A stretch of DNA of 61,336 bases from NCBI GenBank assembly GCA_022841445.1, contig JALHRM010000006.1, positions 1 through 61,336 on the forward strand, in the 5' to 3' direction. This DNA is from Candidatus Saccharimonadota bacterium (GTDB lineage Bacteria > Patescibacteriota > Saccharimonadia > Saccharimonadales > UBA10212). This document shows positions 8,819 through 18,528 of this stretch, piece after piece; the stretch's first letter is position 1, and each line of letters starts with the position of its first letter. The position numbers and the translations under genes were made by a program. Under the pieces are notes generated by a model. That model was given only the letters and a program-made list of their open reading frames with translations. It was not told where the DNA came from and ran no database searches.

Positions 8819-10930
8819 TTATAGCTTAACTAGCTGCCAGTAGTCTATGAACAGGTTGCGGTCATTGCTTTTTTTGCAGGATTCCATGAAGAAGCGATTA
8901 CCGCACTGATCATTTACAAACTCAATGCGCATGGTGTGTGATCCTGCGCTCAGCGTACGATCAGAGTAGTAAAGATTGTACTTGTCCGGCTTGATACTTA
9001 TTTCTTTGTACGCAAGTCTGTTGTCAATGTAGATATTGACCTTGGCGTCACCTCGGTAACTTTCGCTCCGTAGCGACGCACCGATTCGATAGCGTCCCTC
9101 GGTTGGTATTTGCATCGTTTGCGATATTGAGTCGTTCTTGCTTATTAAAATAACCGCTTTGCCGTCGGAAGCTAATGCGTCATTGACTAGCAGACTTTGA
9201 CACCCGCCAGGTATAGGTTGCCAGGACGCACACTTGGTTGATGTCTCGGCGTTTGTGATTGTACCGGTTGGCACAGTTGAACCGCCACCAGTCCGGGTAA
9301 AGTTCAACCAGTTGGTATTGACTGCCGGCCCAGACATCTCCATGCGGACCACCTTACCATTGCCGCCAGCCAGCGGAATGTTCTTGAGGCTGAAGGTTTG
9401 CCAGCTTTGCCAACCACCAGTTGCTGGTATGGCAAGAGTGCCAAGAGTGGTACCGTCTTGCTTGAGCGTAATCGAACCGCCACCTAGTAAGGTTGCTGCC
9501 CGAACATTAATATCATAGTTGCCGGCTGTCACATTAGTGGTGTACTCTAGCCACTCGCTATCTGCAACCCAACCGATGTTGTAAGTTTCGTCACTCGATG
9601 CTTCGATGTCTACCGCAGTTGAACGGTATAATCCTTGCCCGTAGTTGGTGTCGGTCGTGTCGTGGTAACTAACGCCTTCGCCGCCCTCATCAAAATCTTC
9701 TGTCTGGATTGTACCGGGTATAGGGCGAGCTGTGCCTTTGTATGGTGTTTGCTTTGTTGTTGTTGGCGGTGTGGGTGGATTTGGTGTTGGGGTTGGGGTG
9801 GGAGTAGGCGTCGGTGTTGGGGTTGGGGTTGGCGCAGGACCTGGTGTTCCCGTGGAGCCATTTACCTTGGTTGGCAAGCCGGTTGGGTGAAATGAACCCC
9901 ATGGGCTACCAGCGGTATTGTAGAGCGTTTGATTAGCAATAAATCCATTCGGACTAATACTTCGATAAGCGTTAAAGTCACCACCAGGATAGGTAATTAC
10001 AATGTGAAAGGCTGTGCCTCTGGTTAATGGTGATTGAGTTGCCCACTGCGAAGATCGCAGATACGGCGTCCAATAGCCAAGCTCTCCAGCGGAGTGGTGT
10101 TCAACACAAGATCCATCAGCCAGAGCATTACCGGATACATTACGGTTTGGATAACCAGCTCCGTGACTACCTTCCCACCCACCATTTGGTATGAACATCA
10201 GATTGTACTTATCTGCAACTGAACGGAATGTCTTAGATAGCGCTACCGCTGCCTGGTAATATTCTTCTTTTGGTAGTTTCGCCTGGGTGTGACCATTGTC
10301 ACCACCGAGGTCATCGGCAAAGAACCCGCCAATATGTGGATTCTCACGAACAATCATTTCTAGTATGCAAGGGAGTTTCTTCTGCAGTGCCCCGTTAACG
10401 CGGACATCATTGACAAACCCCCAGCCATTAAATCGTTGGCCGCCAGGCCACAAACCGATAGCCGGCCCACACTCAGATTGGTTGAGCATTTTGTCGTGAT
10501 ACCTACCCACTTTGTTATTAATAATGGCATCGATGTAGACAAGCACTGTTCCACCAGCCGCTGAAACGTTCTTGAAGCCCTGGCCGCCGCAGTTAGCACG
10601 ACCACATATAACTAATGCGCCAGGTTTTGCCCATGCCGATGAAGGCTCGCTATTATAGAAGAACCCAGCCGGCTGCGTTGGTTGCGCCGACAGCGGCCCG
10701 GCGGCCGACGAACTGCCCTGATCACGAACTACCAAAAAACCAATAAAGGCAAAGAAAATAACAAACAACCCAATTAGTACTAATACCGGCGGCTTAGATA
10801 AAATCGACAAATCATAGCGATCATTATAAGAGCGGACTAGTTTGCCAGATTTTTTCTTTGTTGTTCGTTTATTTGTTGTTCGTGTACTTTTTGGTGATTT
10901 TTTTGAAGACCTGGTTGTAGCTTTGGGCAT
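8819..10930 (-). CDS. Secreted/anchored protein: putative glycoside-hydrolase-like domain + PT linker + CBM6 + C-terminal module shared with 6480..8693
   Basis: Basic N-tail plus TM VLVLIGLFVIFFAFIGFLVV. The catalytic-like region (VLVYIDAI..., GGFFADDLGGDNG) is only weakly assignable. The linker is PTPTPTPTPTPTPTPNPPTPP. A clear CBM6 pattern follows: IQTEDFDEGGEGVSYHDTT..YRS.AVDIE..YNIGWV.DSEWLEYT.NV.AGNY...ATGGWQSWQTF. The C-terminus SLRSESYRGDAKVNIYIDN...NDRNLFIDYWQLVKL parallels the neighbouring gene. Confidence 0.75.
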   Translation of the reverse strand: MPKATTRSSKKSPKSTRTTNKRTTKKKSGKLVRSYNDRYDLSILSKPPVLVLIGLFVIFFAFIGFLVVRDQGSSSAAGPLSAQPTQPAGFFYNSEPSSAWAKPGALVICGRANCGGQGFKNVSAAGGTVLVYIDAIINNKVGRYHDKMLNQSECGPAIGLWPGGQRFNGWGFVNDVRVNGALQKKLPCILEMIVRENPHIGGFFADDLGGDNGHTQAKLPKEEYYQAAVALSKTFRSVADKYNLMFIPNGGWEGSHGAGYPNRNVSGNALADGSCVEHHSAGELGYWTPYLRSSQWATQSPLTRGTAFHIVITYPGGDFNAYRSISPNGFIANQTLYNTAGSPWGSFHPTGLPTKVNGSTGTPGPAPTPTPTPTPTPTPTPTPNPPTPPTTTKQTPYKGTARPIPGTIQTEDFDEGGEGVSYHDTTDTNYGQGLYRSTAVDIEASSDETYNIGWVADSEWLEYTTNVTAGNYDINVRAATLLGGGSITLKQDGTTLGTLAIPATGGWQSWQTFSLKNIPLAGGNGKVVRMEMSGPAVNTNWLNFTRTGGGSTVPTGTITNAETSTKCASWQPIPGGCQSLLVNDALASDGKAVILISKNDSISQTMQIPTEGRYRIGASLRSESYRGDAKVNIYIDNRLAYKEISIKPDKYNLYYSDRTLSAGSHTMRIEFVNDQCGNRFFMESCKKSNDRNLFIDYWQLVKL

Positions 10931-11205
10931 GACAAAACCTTTACGTTTAACTTAAGTTTGATTATACGATGATTTTCATAAAATCAATATTGTATTTTGA
11001 GTCACTGAGGGTTGACGCAGCGGGTTAAGACAGCCATTATTAAGTAGAAACTATCTCGCAACTTATAGTTTTTTGTGACTAATGACTGCCTTAACGCGGG
11101 GCATCAAAACCCTCGTTTTAGGGCGTTATTTTTATTTTTGCTACTATTGCTTATTGTTATGTCATTTTAAGCTCCTTTGGTTTATCGCATCAGCGTTTAT
11201 ATACA

Positions 11206-14200
11206 TCATGGGAATGGTGTGTCGAGCGGTTGCTGCTCGCCTCCGGTAAATGTTTTGCCATGCCGCAGTCGCTTACTCGGATCGGCGGTAAAGAACAGAG
11301 TTAGGTCGGAAAGGGTCGGCCCACGGTCAACATCTTCTGGATAACCAAAAGTCTGTGAGGCATCAATACTGACATTGAAGAAGAAGTACCTCGCACAATT
11401 AATGTCTGCCCCGCTACTGTTCACTGGTGTATAGGTACCAGGACTACCAAGCGTCACATCACCTACGTTTGTTTCTTGCCCATAACCGGTCATCGTAGCC
11501 ATTGTGGCACTATCGCCGCAGTCTTCGCTCGGGTTTACTAATGTATCAAGATCGTGCATGCTGCGATACTTTAGTTGCCATCGAGCGCCAATGGAATTAT
11601 CAAGACCATTCATTAACCATTTTGTTGGGAAGACGTCGGTGTCGGTGTCAATTAATCGTGAATACTTGGCCAGTTGTGGTTGTGAATATACTGCGCTTTG
11701 TGTAACACGACTATCTCCGGTGAGTGTCGCGTAAGCGGGCCGAATGGCTACGGTATAGGTTACACTGTCCTGACTTGCGTTCATAGTAAAGGTTCCAGGA
11801 TCTTGACTTGATGTAGCCGAAGCAAGACGAGCCGATGATGCACTTGCCCCCGTATTGTCAGAAGTTGAAGTATTGGCATGGGTATTGGTACCGTAGCCAG
11901 AAGGTGCCGACGTAATTGATGTATATGTACTACCCGCTGTGTAGGCAATCCAGAGTGTTTGCTCTATATCCCAGTTAGCAGGATTAAGTGAAGGTGGATT
12001 GGGGTTTTGTGTAGTTGCGCTAGCGGGTGTAGTAGTAATATCAATACCGGCTGTCGTGATATCTCCTGACCATTCGGCATCCAGTATGCGGTAAATTTGC
12101 CACGCAGTACGCTCGTTGGCGGATGTTGCAAAGTTAACCGTGGAACCATCCTCAGAACCCGTTGCTTCTTTAGCATAAACTGTCCCTCTTACTGCCGTAC
12201 CATTCGCATCGCTGTCTATTGCAGTCCAACCACCGGCTCCATCGGGATCGGTTACTGTTGCACTACCATCATTAGTGAAAAGTAGTAGCAGTAGGTCTCC
12301 TGCCTCAACCGTCGCTGGCATAGTCACGTTGTTCGTAGTGTTTGATTGATCATTATCACTTCCTGTAGTGATGGAGGAGACGGTCGGTGCAGTTTGACAG
12401 CCACCTCCGAATGCGTAAATTCTGCCTAGGGAATATGTTACTGAATTTCCATAACGATCTCCTGTGTAGCGGGCATTTGTTTCGTACCACTCACCTACTC
12501 CAGTTGGGTTATTGCCACTCGCTATGGTGGTATTGGCACTGATCGGTGCGACAAGGGTATTCGGCGAGCAGTCAAACTCACTACCCCTACCACCAACTAG
12601 GTACATGTAGCCATTTGCCGCAAATGCATCACCTCCGGCAATAGGACCAGGCAGCGATGTGGTAAACGTCCAGGCACTTAGGTCTCCGGTTGTGCCGTCT
12701 ATCTTAGAGAACTGCACATCGTTAAGGTAGTAACCGCCATCATCATACCCCCCTAGTACATATAGATTATTAGCGTAGGCCACAACAGACGTATCAATTC
12801 TATCTACATCGAATTCATTAACGGCTTGTGTCCAACTATCTGCAGCTATATCTCCGCCTGTAGGCAGTGATGGGCTGATAAATATTTCGTTTCTGTCGTC
12901 ACTACTACTACTAAACCCACCAACTACATAAATGCGATTATTCCAAACGGTCGCCGCATGTCGCATTCGAGCCTGACCGGGCTGGCTAGCAGTATCCCCG
13001 AGACTACCGCTAAGTGTTGTCCATGTGCCAGCACCAGCCGCAGGTATAGTGCCATCGCTATTCGGTACCGCATAATTACTGCCGGCATGAATGGTTCCAT
13101 TATTCGCCAAACCACCGAGATAATAAAGCGAGCCGCCAACCGCTACAAGTTGGCCCCAAACCCTCGCGGCAGGCAGTGCCGTAGTGGAATTCCATGTCCC
13201 AATATTGCCGTAGGCATCCAGCAATGCGTACTGAACACTTGAGGTTGCCGTATTACATTCCGCCCTGCTATTTACAGTTTGGGTAGTTGTGCCTGTACAA
13301 CCCCCGGCTACATACAAGTAGCCGTTCAAAATAGCCGAGCCGGCACCGATTCTGTCGGTTGTAAATGAGTTGGTTCCTGACCCGGTGGCCTGACTACAGC
13401 TGGCATCTGCACATTTTAGTACGGCGACGTTGTTACTGGTAATATCAAAATGTGATACAACAGGTAAACCATCAGCCGGAACTGCTAACGACGTAAATTC
13501 GATGCCTACATCAAAACCAGCGCCGGTAAACGTAGTTGTTGTATTGCCAGAAGCGCAGCTAGCAACCCCACATTTAGTTACAACCAGGTCATTACTTGTG
13601 AAATTGATGTAAGAGATGACTGGTAGGCCATCATTACCGATGGCAACTGATGTCCATCTACCAACATTGTCGGCGGGGTCAATAGTTGTTGTAGTGTTTC
13701 CAGAAGAACAAGCCGCATTACCACACTTGACTATTTTAAGAACCTCGCTCGAGGAGTTCTCCATACTGGTTATTATCGGGAGGTCGTCAGTGCCAATAGC
13801 GATAGAGGTATCGAAACCGCCACTTGTAAATGCAACAGTGGCTGTACTCCTAGATGAACAATTAGCCGTGGAGCACTTAGTTATAGCAAGATCTGAATTA
13901 CCACTATCTCTATGACTGATAATTGGAAAATCATCGGAACCAAGAACTATATCTGAGTAGGGACCGTAATTTCCTGATGAGTCTTGTATGGTATTGAGTG
14001 CCGTACAGTCTATAGTTGTACATTCACTAATCATAAGGTCGGTGTCGGTGGTATTGCGATAGGCCATTATCGGCAGACCGCTAGCTCCTATTACTATAGA
14101 CGGTGCACGACCTGTTGCATCAGCATCAGCGAACTTGGTTGTAGTATTTGAACTACAGCTGGCGTTACTACATTTAGTGATTGCTAGGTCGGTGTCAGTT

Positions 14201-17200
14201 TCGTTCCAGTGTGCAATCACCGGGTAGCCATCAGTACCGATTGCGATATTTGTTTCACGCCCCCAAATATCTCCACCACCATCTGCTATTTTAGTAACTG
14301 TATTACCCGATGTACAGGCAGCATTACCACATTTCAAAACCGCGAGATCATCGTTTGTATCATCAAAGTATGAAATGACCGGCAGACCGTCAGTACCAAT
14401 TGCGAGGGAGCTTTGGTTACCTGCAGTATTGGCATCGGCAATACTTGTTTGAGTCCTAGTTGTTGAAGATGTATAGGCAGCAGGTGCGCCACTATCATTG
14501 TTGTATATCTGAAATACCTGAATAGTGTTTGTGCGGCTCGAACAACTCCCCGGCGCCGCCCCAGCGGTACAGCCACCTACTACATAGGCATAGGAATTAG
14601 ATACTACCGTCGTAAGCGCCCAGCGCTTTTGAATAGATACAGTTGATCTATCAAAAGCGCCCCAACTACCATCACTAACATTGATTTTGGCAAACTCAAT
14701 ATCGGCAATGGCATCCGCGCCGTCATATCCACCAAGCACATAAAGATACCCATTATACCCAAAGCCGGCACCACGGCGCCGCCCGGTGTTCATCTCGTTG
14801 GTGCCCTCTATCCAAGCGCCACCGCTGACCGCCACTACGTTGTTGCTATCATCAAACCGAGCATATCGCACATCAGTTAAGTCAGTAATGCCAGGGGCTA
14901 GACCGCCCATTAAATATATGTAGTTGGCATAGACCGCACCAGCATGCGCACCAAGGCCTGCACTGCTCCCGCCGGTTACCGTGCCAATTTGTAGCTGTCC
15001 GGTGATCGTGCAGTTTGATGGCACCCCAGTAGTGTTTAAATCACACTTGTATACTGAGTCGCTATAGCTGGAACAGCCGATTCCACTGGTATCTCCAGTA
15101 CAGCCTCCGAAGATAAACAGGTTTCCAGGAATACTGCTGGCAGATGCGGGGTTCGCCCTGGTATAGGCAAATGAATAGGATAAGTCATCATCAATACCGT
15201 TTACGGCAATGTCGGTAAAGTCTGTGTTCGACCAACTGCCAATGCTTCCATCTGCATTTACGGTAGTGTACGAAATGTTGGTGATTGTCGGAAAGCCACC
15301 AATCAGGTAAATTCTGTTATTAAATACAGCCGTTGCAGCCGCACCACGAGCACTTGGCAATGCAACACTGCTGTCACAATAGGAGTCAACAAAGCTGCCG
15401 TTACAAGTTGCCGGACGCGTTAAGCTCCCATTACTGTTAATCGCCTGGTATGTTACCCCATCTGAGTAGGTGGTACAGGCATTGTTGGTACAACCGCCCA
15501 TTATATATAGATAGCCATTGAGTACGACGGTTGCATTCAACATATTGCCAATTGCTGAACTCGGAATGTCACAGTTGTAAGCCGTACCACCGATGCAAGT
15601 ACTCACCCCACTTGCGCTTGTGCTTGCTACGGTAGAGGCCTCACCGTCGGGATTGATAACGCCATAATCAACATCGGCAAGTGTCGCCGTGCAGTTACCG
15701 GTTGAAGTATTCTGCAGTGTACAACCACCCAATCTGTATAAACCGCCCTGCCAAGCCACAAAGGTATAGCCAACCCGCTGATTAGTAAGACCCAGTATTT
15801 CGTTCCACGGCGCTAATGATCCATCGGCATTAATGCTAGCGAGCTGGGTGTCATCTTCAAACGTCGTACAGTACCCACTGCCATTCACCGCCGTACAACC
15901 TCCGGCCAGGTAGACATATCCACCCCAGATCGCCGTCATCGTACCGCCCATTGATTGCCGTCCATTGGCAAAGCTAGTTGTCGCAGTCCAGGCATTCATT
16001 GTGCCGGTAGAACTCAGCTTACTATAATGCGTCGTAGCAACTGGGGTACCGGTGTAGCTTGCATTACCGCCAATAAGATAAATAACGTCATTATAGACTT
16101 GTACACTATGACCATAGCGGGCAGTCGGTAAAGCCTGCATACCTGTAGTCGACCATGTGCCGAGGTTGCCATTCGGCAGAATGTCAGCCGCATATGTCGT
16201 GGAAGATACACCGTTACTACCATCGGCGCCACCCATTAAGTACATTTTATTGTTATAGGCGACTACACCAGTGTAGGCTCGTTCGGCTGGCAAGTCAGTC
16301 GCCCGGTACCAGTACACCCAATTGTTTTTGTTGGTATCGGTCGGGTGCCATAACGCTGGTTCACCATTAGCCCCAAGTTTCGAGATATATACCGTGTCAC
16401 AAGTACCGGTCACTCCAGTGCCATTACCAACCGTACAGCTGGAATCACGACCGCCAACGGCATATAAATAACCGTTATAGGCAACCAATGAATGACCGAC
16501 AAGTGGTGTTGGTAAATCATAATCAGTGTCAGTGCACCAACCGGAACAAGCTCCGGTACCTGGATTTGGACTATCGATAGCTTTGGTTGAATTGTTGAAT
16601 TCTGCCCAGTAAACGGAATCGGTCGGGCCGGCAGTCACGGTTGCTGGATTAATAGCAATAGTTGCGGCACCGTAATCATCGTTGATTGTGGCATCATTAG
16701 TCAGCGCTTGCGTACCCGTAGAAACACCTGAAGCTGGTGGTACATCAAGCGATGCGGCGGTAAATCCGCAGCTACCATTTCCACCATTACTACTGCTTTC
16801 GGAGTCAATCTTTGTGTGACCGGATGGTACCCAACCTGTACTGCTCGGGTCATCCTGATCAAAGCCAGCAGCTCTGACAACTAATGTCGCATCACTGTCC
16901 GGAGTGGTCGCCGGATAGACCGGTACCGCATCGGTGGTACTAAAGCCAGTACCGGCCGTACCACTCACTGGGTCAGAACTATTAAAGCCGGTTACCCGAA
17001 TAACTACTCCAGCCCACTCTTCGCTGTTGCCAGTCCATTGGTATGATGCAGATTCGTTACCCCCGCCCTGGTCGGTTCCGATTTTGTAGTATGCAGCTAG
17101 CCCTTGCAAATCAGCATATTTTGTCCAGCCGCTAGGTGTCGATATGGTATTGCCGCTAGTACTGCCTCCAGTGCCGCTACCATTACTGCCGTCGTGGCAC

Positions 17201-18525
17201 ATCATTGCAATATATAGATCGCCGGCTGGTCTAGTGGTTGGCATATTCATCGTAAATGTACCGGTATTACTGCCCGCCAAAGTCTGCTGCTGACCGACAA
17301 TCTGAGGTTTACTAGGATCAATGCGGCCACCTGCTCGGTATATATATCCGCCGGCAGTTGCCGTGGAATGATTCCAAGTGTTACTGTTCATGCCGGTAGT
17401 TGATTGCCAGGCGCTGATTCGTGCACCAGTAGTCTGCGACTTCTGGATCAGTTCATTGTCAATGTCGAAATCAACGTTGGTTTCGTTATTTCCCCGCATC
17501 AATTTGTCTGCAGTTTCGATGTAGATACTAGGGTCAATACTGAGCGGGTAGCTGGCTGTCTTGAGATTTTCAGCTCGAACTGTTAAATGCTTCCCCTCTA
17601 GTCTGTACTCAGCTTTTGCATCGGATACTTGCTTATTAGCTTCGACAATAAATGGCGCAGGAACGGTGAATATAAGATGGGTTTTTTTGCTGTTTTTTCG
17701 GGCTTTGTCTAGTAGGGCTTGGTCAGCTTCAGTACCCGCCGAAACGCTGCCTAGTAGCTGTGGCTGCACACCGTAAACGCCTATATCGCCGTTCTTTTCA
17801 AGACGTGCCTCCAACCCATCTGAAAGACCAATATCATACGTAAACTCCATGCTGTCTTCTTGGTAGCTATTAATGATTATGTCTTCCTTGATTTGAGCAG
17901 CCCTCAATGTTACTACTTTTTGACCATCAATACCCCGAAGCGGGTAAATAAGTCGATTCACATCTTTTGTTGGCAACGCCGTGTCAAACTTTGGCGTAAA
18001 TGTAATGCCAACGTTATTAACGACATCAGTTATGGTGTAAGCTTTGTCACCACTAGTCTTGAATTTGGCTGAGAACCGGGGGCCCGAAACCAAGCCAGTA
18101 TCTCCAGATGGTGCGGCAGTATAGTCTTTGTTATAAATGTAGGCCTGTTCTTCAGAATCAAAACTCAATTTTATACCGTAAGCTGGAACTGTGCGCCCAG
18201 CCAGTGTTGATGCTTCACTATTCAATTCATACTCGGCTGGCCGCAGTCTCCATGCTTCCATTAGTCCGGGTATGAGGCCAACCAGCATCAGTAGTGCCAT
18301 CAAAGCCAGTACTGCTCGAGTTGCTACACGATGCCGGCGCATCAAGCCACTAAATTTCCTTACTAGCCCTGATTGTTTGGCAGTTGCTCTTGGTGCCACA
18401 ACGCTTGACTCAGCGGGCTTCAAAATTGGCGTCACTGTCTTAACCGGCTGAGCCACCGACAAGTAGCCAAAGTCGTTTCTTCTGTTAATTGGTCGATTGG
18501 ATTGTGGTGAATTAATGTCTCTCAT
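11206..18525 (-). CDS. Giant (2439 aa) N-anchored surface protein with two Kelch-type repeat blocks flanking a Cys-pair propeller-like repeat block
   Basis: TM AVLALMALLMLVGLIPGLM near the N-terminus. More than 15 Kelch-like units are present (YNGYLYAVGGRD, NNKMYLMGGADG, NDVIYLIGGNAS, NGYLYVLGGYDG, NNLYVLGGYDDG). Eight ~47-aa KC-x4/5-C repeats sit in the middle. The ATG lies 3 nt after the stop of the upstream giant ORF. Confidence 0.9.
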   Translation of the reverse strand: MRDINSPQSNRPINRRNDFGYLSVAQPVKTVTPILKPAESSVVAPRATAKQSGLVRKFSGLMRRHRVATRAVLALMALLMLVGLIPGLMEAWRLRPAEYELNSEASTLAGRTVPAYGIKLSFDSEEQAYIYNKDYTAAPSGDTGLVSGPRFSAKFKTSGDKAYTITDVVNNVGITFTPKFDTALPTKDVNRLIYPLRGIDGQKVVTLRAAQIKEDIIINSYQEDSMEFTYDIGLSDGLEARLEKNGDIGVYGVQPQLLGSVSAGTEADQALLDKARKNSKKTHLIFTVPAPFIVEANKQVSDAKAEYRLEGKHLTVRAENLKTASYPLSIDPSIYIETADKLMRGNNETNVDFDIDNELIQKSQTTGARISAWQSTTGMNSNTWNHSTATAGGYIYRAGGRIDPSKPQIVGQQQTLAGSNTGTFTMNMPTTRPAGDLYIAMMCHDGSNGSGTGGSTSGNTISTPSGWTKYADLQGLAAYYKIGTDQGGGNESASYQWTGNSEEWAGVVIRVTGFNSSDPVSGTAGTGFSTTDAVPVYPATTPDSDATLVVRAAGFDQDDPSSTGWVPSGHTKIDSESSSNGGNGSCGFTAASLDVPPASGVSTGTQALTNDATINDDYGAATIAINPATVTAGPTDSVYWAEFNNSTKAIDSPNPGTGACSGWCTDTDYDLPTPLVGHSLVAYNGYLYAVGGRDSSCTVGNGTGVTGTCDTVYISKLGANGEPALWHPTDTNKNNWVYWYRATDLPAERAYTGVVAYNNKMYLMGGADGSNGVSSTTYAADILPNGNLGTWSTTGMQALPTARYGHSVQVYNDVIYLIGGNASYTGTPVATTHYSKLSSTGTMNAWTATTSFANGRQSMGGTMTAIWGGYVYLAGGCTAVNGSGYCTTFEDDTQLASINADGSLAPWNEILGLTNQRVGYTFVAWQGGLYRLGGCTLQNTSTGNCTATLADVDYGVINPDGEASTVASTSASGVSTCIGGTAYNCDIPSSAIGNMLNATVVLNGYLYIMGGCTNNACTTYSDGVTYQAINSNGSLTRPATCNGSFVDSYCDSSVALPSARGAAATAVFNNRIYLIGGFPTITNISYTTVNADGSIGSWSNTDFTDIAVNGIDDDLSYSFAYTRANPASASSIPGNLFIFGGCTGDTSGIGCSSYSDSVYKCDLNTTGVPSNCTITGQLQIGTVTGGSSAGLGAHAGAVYANYIYLMGGLAPGITDLTDVRYARFDDSNNVVAVSGGAWIEGTNEMNTGRRRGAGFGYNGYLYVLGGYDGADAIADIEFAKINVSDGSWGAFDRSTVSIQKRWALTTVVSNSYAYVVGGCTAGAAPGSCSSRTNTIQVFQIYNNDSGAPAAYTSSTTRTQTSIADANTAGNQSSLAIGTDGLPVISYFDDTNDDLAVLKCGNAACTSGNTVTKIADGGGDIWGRETNIAIGTDGYPVIAHWNETDTDLAITKCSNASCSSNTTTKFADADATGRAPSIVIGASGLPIMAYRNTTDTDLMISECTTIDCTALNTIQDSSGNYGPYSDIVLGSDDFPIISHRDSGNSDLAITKCSTANCSSRSTATVAFTSGGFDTSIAIGTDDLPIITSMENSSSEVLKIVKCGNAACSSGNTTTTIDPADNVGRWTSVAIGNDGLPVISYINFTSNDLVVTKCGVASCASGNTTTTFTGAGFDVGIEFTSLAVPADGLPVVSHFDITSNNVAVLKCADASCSQATGSGTNSFTTDRIGAGSAILNGYLYVAGGCTGTTTQTVNSRAECNTATSSVQYALLDAYGNIGTWNSTTALPAARVWGQLVAVGGSLYYLGGLANNGTIHAGSNYAVPNSDGTIPAAGAGTWTTLSGSLGDTASQPGQARMRHAATVWNNRIYVVGGFSSSSDDRNEIFISPSLPTGGDIAADSWTQAVNEFDVDRIDTSVVAYANNLYVLGGYDDGGYYLNDVQFSKIDGTTGDLSAWTFTTSLPGPIAGGDAFAANGYMYLVGGRGSEFDCSPNTLVAPISANTTIASGNNPTGVGEWYETNARYTGDRYGNSVTYSLGRIYAFGGGCQTAPTVSSITTGSDNDQSNTTNNVTMPATVEAGDLLLLLFTNDGSATVTDPDGAGGWTAIDSDANGTAVRGTVYAKEATGSEDGSTVNFATSANERTAWQIYRILDAEWSGDITTAGIDITTTPASATTQNPNPPSLNPANWDIEQTLWIAYTAGSTYTSITSAPSGYGTNTHANTSTSDNTGASASSARLASATSSQDPGTFTMNASQDSVTYTVAIRPAYATLTGDSRVTQSAVYSQPQLAKYSRLIDTDTDVFPTKWLMNGLDNSIGARWQLKYRSMHDLDTLVNPSEDCGDSATMATMTGYGQETNVGDVTLGSPGTYTPVNSSGADINCARYFFFNVSIDASQTFGYPEDVDRGPTLSDLTLFFTADPSKRLRHGKTFTGGEQQPLDTPFP
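13390..14450 (-). repeat. Eight tandem ~47-aa coding repeats, consensus DL(A/V)(V/I)(T/L)KC.(N/T)A(A/S)C(S/T)..(N/T)(T/S)...(I/F)......(T/S)(S/I)(I/V)AIG.DGLP(V/I)IS(Y/H)
   Basis: Read directly from the translation: DLAVLKCGNAACTSG, DLAITKCSNASCSSN, DLMISECTTIDCTAL, DLAITKCSTANCSSR, LKIVKCGNAACSSG, DLVVTKCGVASCASG and VAVLKCADASCSQA. Each is followed by ..IAIGTDG(L/Y)P(V/I)I... Confidence 0.8.
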
Positions 18526-18528
18526 AGC

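Noticed and set aside
9610-9902. Three overlapping short ORFs and a repeat array that could look like a microsatellite or CRISPR-like element
   Set aside because: This is the PT-linker coding region of 8819..10930. The repeats are too short, are contiguous and lack spacers.
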